NCBI GenBank assembly: GCA_044229845.1
Contig: JBGASG010000007.1
Location: forward strand, 192,001-256,000
Direction of reading: 5' to 3'
Origin: Candidatus Obscuribacteraceae bacterium
Lineage (GTDB): Bacteria > Cyanobacteriota > Vampirovibrionia > Obscuribacterales > Obscuribacteraceae
DNA: 64,000 bases
Shown: piece after piece, positions 59,756 to 64,000 of the stretch
How the letters are laid out: the number at the start of each line of letters is the position of its first letter
How positions within the stretch are numbered: position 1 is the stretch's first letter
The notes under the pieces: model-generated
The model's input: only the letters and a program-made list of their open reading frames with translations
Database searches by the model: none
Told to the model about the DNA's origin: nothing
Translations under genes and position numbers: made by a program

Positions 59756-62404
59756 TTGGAACACACTCGAGGTCCCAAGCCTTTCAACCGTGAGGTCGAA
59801 GTTGCCGCGCTGGCACGGGCGATTGTCGTCGAACGTCGCGCTCGTTATGTGGACTTTCGGGGACACCGTACAACTTTCTCTCAGTTCATGAGGCAGACGG
59901 CCGACAAACTCTGCAAACGATATCCACTTGAACCGCGATGGGCGACGATTCGCGGTTTGTACGTACAATACGCCAATCTGGATTTAGCCTCGAGAATGCA
60001 TGTTTTGCGTCGTACCGAGGAACTACTGTTTGTGGACCAGCAATCTGCTCCTGCTGCCACTGCCGATGGTGCAAGCAATCGCGAACCCGCAACAGACCGC
60101 CATAGTGCGCAGGGTGCGGCCAGCGATCAGGAGAAGATTCCGAACACAACCAAGGCCTCGAGTTCCAAGACTGCGTCCAGTTCAAGGGCTGCATCGAGTT
60201 CGAACCCGGAATCGAATTCAAGCGCCGATGCCAGTGCCGGCGCCGGAAAGTCGAAAGCCTCTAATGGAAGTCGAAATCGAAAGGACCAGGATCCCGCTTC
60301 CGTGGAAGTGAAATTCGTCAAGGGCGTCGGACCGAAAATGTCGGAACTCTTTGAGAAACTTGGAATTTACACCGCCTGGGATCTGATTCGGCACTATCCA
60401 CGTGAGCATGTAGACTTTCAGGACAAAGTGCCTATCAAGTCGTTGCAACCGGGACAGCGCGCAACAGTTTTTGGCATCATTCGAAACGTTGGTGCTTTTC
60501 AGTCAAGAAACAAGAACGTCTCGATAGTTTCGGTCACCATTAACGATGGCACTGGCAGCATTTTGATCAGCCGATTCATTGGCGGCAAATCCAATCGGTA
60601 TTTGTTGGAACGCTACAAGAATCAGTTCCCAAAAGGGGCTCAAGTGCTTGCGTCTGGCACCGTGGAGCTTGATTCGTATTCCGGCCGCAAGCAGCTTCGC
60701 AATGCGGAAGTGGAAGTTTTGGCAGCGGGAGGAGGTTTAGACGATCAAGAATCATTGCATGCCGGACGGCTTGTGCCCGTATATCCGCTAACCGAGGGGA
60801 TAAGTCTGCGCTATGTGCGCACTGTAATGCACAACGCACTGGAAGCATTCGGGCCCTCGATTCGTGATCCACTGCCACCGGAGATTCGCCGGCAATATGA
60901 TTTGGTGGGACTCTCGGAGGCTATCTGGGGCATACATTTTCCAGAAGACCTGGACATGAAAGATGCCGCGCGGCGGCGTCTGGTTTTCGACGAATTGTTT
61001 GCCATGCAACTGCAGCTGGCCATGCGCCGTTACAAGATGGACTCTGTTGAGAATGCCCTATCGCTCGATTCTAGAGAATCCGGCAGCGTTGAGAAGTTCC
61101 TCGCTCAACTTCCGTTCAAGCTGACGTCGGCGCAGGACCGTGTTTTCCTGCAGATTCGCCAAGACCTGGCATCCAGTAAGCCGATGCATCGATTGGTTCA
61201 GGGCGATGTAGGTTCCGGTAAAACGGTGGTTGCCGCGATGGCCTGTCTGGTGGCAATCGACAATGGGTATCAGGTTGCGGTGATGGCTCCTACGGAAATT
61301 TTGGCGGAACAGCATTATCGACACTTCCAGAATTGGTTTTCTGCGCTTGGTCTGCGCTGCGGACTTTTCCTGGGAAAACAGGGCGCTAAAGAACGCCGTC
61401 TCATTCAGCAAGACTTGCGCAGCGGGCAGATACACGTCGCGATCGGCACGCATGCACTGCTCGAGGACGATGTTGAGTTCAACAAGCTCGGCATGATCGT
61501 GATCGATGAACAGCATCGCTTTGGAGTCAAGCAGAGAGCTAAATTGAAGGCGAAGGGTGTAAACCCGGAGCTGCTCACGATGACTGCGACACCAATCCCG
61601 CGCACCCTGGCATTGACGCTCCATGGCGATCTGGATGTGTCGGAGATTGATGAGCTGCCCCCCGGTCGCAAACCGGTGAAAACAGAGCTGAAGACTCCCA
61701 CGCAAAAAAGAGCCATATTCGATTTTGTTTGTCAGCAAGTCATGGAGGGGCGGCAGGCCTATATCGTCTTTCCGCTGATCGACGAATCAGAAACCCTGGC
61801 TGCCAAGGCGGCCACCGCTGAATATGAGCGCTTGCGCTTTGAAGACCTCAGCACGTGCAAAGTTGGACTCATGCATGGCAAGCTCAAACCGGCCGAAAAA
61901 GACGAAGTGATGGAGAAATTTCGCAAAAAAGAGTTTGACGTGTTGGTCTGCACAACAGTCATCGAAGTGGGTGTCGATGTTCCGAATGCGAGCGTGATGG
62001 TAATCGAAAACGCCGATCGGTTTGGTCTTGCGCAACTTCATCAATTGCGTGGACGGGTAGGAAGAGGTGCTGACCAGTCGTACTGTTTCCTAATCTCGAA
62101 TAGTTCGTCCGAGCCAACGCGCCAAAGGCTCGAGGTAATGACACAAACTAACGATGGCTTTGTAATCGCAGAAAAGGATCTGCAAATTCGTGGGCCGGGC
62201 GAGTTCCTCGGAGTTCGCCAAAGCGGGTTGCCGGATCTGTTGCTGGCCGACATGGTTAATGACGCCAAGATACTCGAGGAAGCGCGCCACGCAGCCATTA
62301 ACCTGATAAAGACCGATCCGGAACTGAAGCACCATCTCGGTCTACGCAATCAGGTTCGACGGACCCTCAGCAAAGATCAACTCGATTTGGTCGCATCGGG
62401 CTAA
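59756..62404 (+). CDS. recG: ATP-dependent DNA helicase RecG
   Basis: QGDVGSGKT, MAPTEILA, DEQHRFG, MTATPIPR and QLRGRVGRG; long N-terminal extension. Confidence 0.96.
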   Translation: MEHTRGPKPFNREVEVAALARAIVVERRARYVDFRGHRTTFSQFMRQTADKLCKRYPLEPRWATIRGLYVQYANLDLASRMHVLRRTEELLFVDQQSAPAATADGASNREPATDRHSAQGAASDQEKIPNTTKASSSKTASSSRAASSSNPESNSSADASAGAGKSKASNGSRNRKDQDPASVEVKFVKGVGPKMSELFEKLGIYTAWDLIRHYPREHVDFQDKVPIKSLQPGQRATVFGIIRNVGAFQSRNKNVSIVSVTINDGTGSILISRFIGGKSNRYLLERYKNQFPKGAQVLASGTVELDSYSGRKQLRNAEVEVLAAGGGLDDQESLHAGRLVPVYPLTEGISLRYVRTVMHNALEAFGPSIRDPLPPEIRRQYDLVGLSEAIWGIHFPEDLDMKDAARRRLVFDELFAMQLQLAMRRYKMDSVENALSLDSRESGSVEKFLAQLPFKLTSAQDRVFLQIRQDLASSKPMHRLVQGDVGSGKTVVAAMACLVAIDNGYQVAVMAPTEILAEQHYRHFQNWFSALGLRCGLFLGKQGAKERRLIQQDLRSGQIHVAIGTHALLEDDVEFNKLGMIVIDEQHRFGVKQRAKLKAKGVNPELLTMTATPIPRTLALTLHGDLDVSEIDELPPGRKPVKTELKTPTQKRAIFDFVCQQVMEGRQAYIVFPLIDESETLAAKAATAEYERLRFEDLSTCKVGLMHGKLKPAEKDEVMEKFRKKEFDVLVCTTVIEVGVDVPNASVMVIENADRFGLAQLHQLRGRVGRGADQSYCFLISNSSSEPTRQRLEVMTQTNDGFVIAEKDLQIRGPGEFLGVRQSGLPDLLLADMVNDAKILEEARHAAINLIKTDPELKHHLGLRNQVRRTLSKDQLDLVASG

Positions 62405-62444
62405 CTTCAGACCCAAATCTATCCACAGGATCCGCGCACTAGTC

Positions 62445-62482
62445 AAGAAAAATCTGAACCGATATCGGTTCAGATTTTTCTT
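62445..62482. repeat. Palindromic repeat copy 9 (38 bp, perfect, the longest)
   Basis: AAGAAAAATCTGAACCGAT|ATCGGTTCAGATTTTTCTT. Confidence 0.95.
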
Positions 62483-62543
62483 TCGTCGATTGAACTTTTT
62501 ACCCGCTTGCGACGTTGTATACCTAGGCACATCGAGAGATACC

Positions 62544-63578
62544 ATGAACGAACTTCCATCCAGGCAATTGGACGACGACGCCAGCGCGAGCTTCATCGCA
62601 GAGTTCGACAGGCGCTTCCCCACTAACTTCCACTGCGTTATCGAACTGCGTCGCAGGGCTACAGGCGAGCAAGACCTTGTCTGCCAATGCGGAAGCGGCA
62701 ACATCAAGATAAAGGATGATCGGAACGCGGAATGTCTTGAATGCGGGGAGCAATTCTGGTTGCTGGCGGATACCTTTTTTCATGGCATACGCAGACCTCG
62801 GGCTTATTTGCTGTTGATTGAAATGTTCGCAGAAGGTGTATTCATCAATACGTCCCAGTTTCAGAAGGAGGCGCAGGTTGCATACTCGACAGCTCTGGGC
62901 ATCTTCAAGAAGTTAACCATGGTTATCGCCGGCGGCATGAATGACGGTGTTGAAGTTCCGTCGCACCTTTTTTCTCCGGGTTTCTGCAAGCGAAGCAAAG
63001 TCACACCTGCCGGAGAGCACCCTCGAAATGAAGAACGAGTTGCAGCTCCTCATCTAAATCCCAACCTGTCCATTCGGCAAGTAGACTCCTTGATACCAAA
63101 TCCGGTGACCGATGAAAGCGCTTTGTCAGACGCGGACCTGGAAGTCCTCAATATGCTGACTGCGGACCCCATCCAATTTGATGCACTATTCGAGCGGACA
63201 GAAATGAGTGTGAGTACTCTGCTTTCTTCACTAACCGTCCTTGAGTTGTCTGGATTCGTCCTGCGTTTGAGTGCAGACAGATATGCATTGAGCCCGGAGG
63301 TTCGAACTAATCCAAATGATGATACCGTCGACTCCGACCGGCTCCCGGTGCGACAGGCGATTCTGGAAACAGTGGCCACGATTCTCAACTGGATAAAGAG
63401 TAGTTTCCACGGTATCAGTCGAAAATATCTTCAGAACTATCTTGCAGCGTATTGGTGTCTGAGAGACAGAGCGACCTGGAATCCGGGCGCGCTTGCTCGA
63501 GCATGTATCGATGCCGATGCCATAAGCGATCAGGTAATCCTTGCTTATGTCTCACCGCCCCTTGTCCGAATGATTTGA
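62544..63578 (+). CDS. IS1595/ISXO2-transposase-derived protein with an internal DprA-like winged helix
   Basis: RFPT..C, CQCG...CLECG, TFFHG, HTH-like QKEAQVAYSTA, winged-helix-like LSDADLEVL...LTVLELSGFV...RY, and C-terminal FHGISRKYLQNYL. Confidence 0.72.
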   Translation: MNELPSRQLDDDASASFIAEFDRRFPTNFHCVIELRRRATGEQDLVCQCGSGNIKIKDDRNAECLECGEQFWLLADTFFHGIRRPRAYLLLIEMFAEGVFINTSQFQKEAQVAYSTALGIFKKLTMVIAGGMNDGVEVPSHLFSPGFCKRSKVTPAGEHPRNEERVAAPHLNPNLSIRQVDSLIPNPVTDESALSDADLEVLNMLTADPIQFDALFERTEMSVSTLLSSLTVLELSGFVLRLSADRYALSPEVRTNPNDDTVDSDRLPVRQAILETVATILNWIKSSFHGISRKYLQNYLAAYWCLRDRATWNPGALARACIDADAISDQVILAYVSPPLVRMI

Positions 63579-63585
63579 CAGTCCC

Positions 63586-64000
63586 TCAATAAACTTGTGT
63601 GCCGAACTGCTGCAACAGGCGCGCGAGAAGCGGATCGTCTTCGCTCAAGTTATAACCCTCTGTATAGATTCTCTTGAGGGTTGCAACGAGTGTCGGAGTG
63701 TCCAAGGTCTGACCCGCGAATGGGAACCAGAGCAATTCACCAGGGACAGGCGGACCTCCGTTATAGTTTGGAAACCAGTAGTCTATGTCCAGTGGTTGCA
63801 ATCCAAGTTTCATAAAAAAGCTTTTGCGCTTAGTTCTCACGAGCATGGCTTCGGGAGCCACGCCAGTCTCTTTCGTCGATTCGATCTCGCTGAAAAGGCC
63901 CAGAAAGGCGGGGTATTCGTTTTGCAGCAATTGCTCGCACCGTTTCCGGTGCACGGTTCCGATTCCGCAACCGCGGAGTGAATTGAGAACTGCGGTATAA
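63586..64000 (-). CDS. Probable GNAT-like protein (5' end outside the window)
   Basis: Frame is open to the window edge: YTAVLNSLRGCGIGTVH..., resembling the acetyl-CoA-binding RxxGxG motif; LFSEIE and FFMKLG follow. Confidence 0.55.
   Translation of the reverse strand, partial: YTAVLNSLRGCGIGTVHRKRCEQLLQNEYPAFLGLFSEIESTKETGVAPEAMLVRTKRKSFFMKLGLQPLDIDYWFPNYNGGPPVPGELLWFPFAGQTLDTPTLVATLKRIYTEGYNLSEDDPLLARLLQQFGTQVY

Noticed and set aside
62445..63600. Intact, active IS1595 element
   Set aside because: No terminal inverted repeats or target duplication seen, and the expected catalytic Asp motif is absent.

Overview
Bacterial chromosomal window of mostly housekeeping genes (SOD, ribH, kdsC, rpsU, EF-G paralogue, aspS, comM, lysC, murA, rluD, lspA, mdh, cobS, lipA, tpiA, prfA-prmC-hslO, rpmB, recG, tRNA-Leu(GAG), tRNA-Ser(GGA)) mixed with TPR and lineage-specific hypothetical genes. 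Cyanobacteria-like RecG, HerA and NTF2-like proteins with no photosynthesis genes in view suggest a non-photosynthetic Cyanobacteriota relative (Vampirovibrionia/Melainabacteria); this is inference. The most notable observations are: (1) nine copies of an intergenic, loop-less palindrome with invariant core AACCGATATCGGTT, extending to as much as 38 bp with compensatory arm changes; (2) next to the longest copy, a gene with the N- and C-terminal signatures of an IS1595/ISXO2-type transposase whose catalytic core appears replaced by a DprA-like winged-helix domain; (3) a KdpE plus minimal KdpD module with phased repeat boxes in front of an APC-type transporter and a small membrane peptide instead of kdpFABC; (4) an MglA-type GTPase with no adjacent mglB; (5) a split GH38 mannosidase. 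All family assignments come from motifs recognised by eye; no searches were run.
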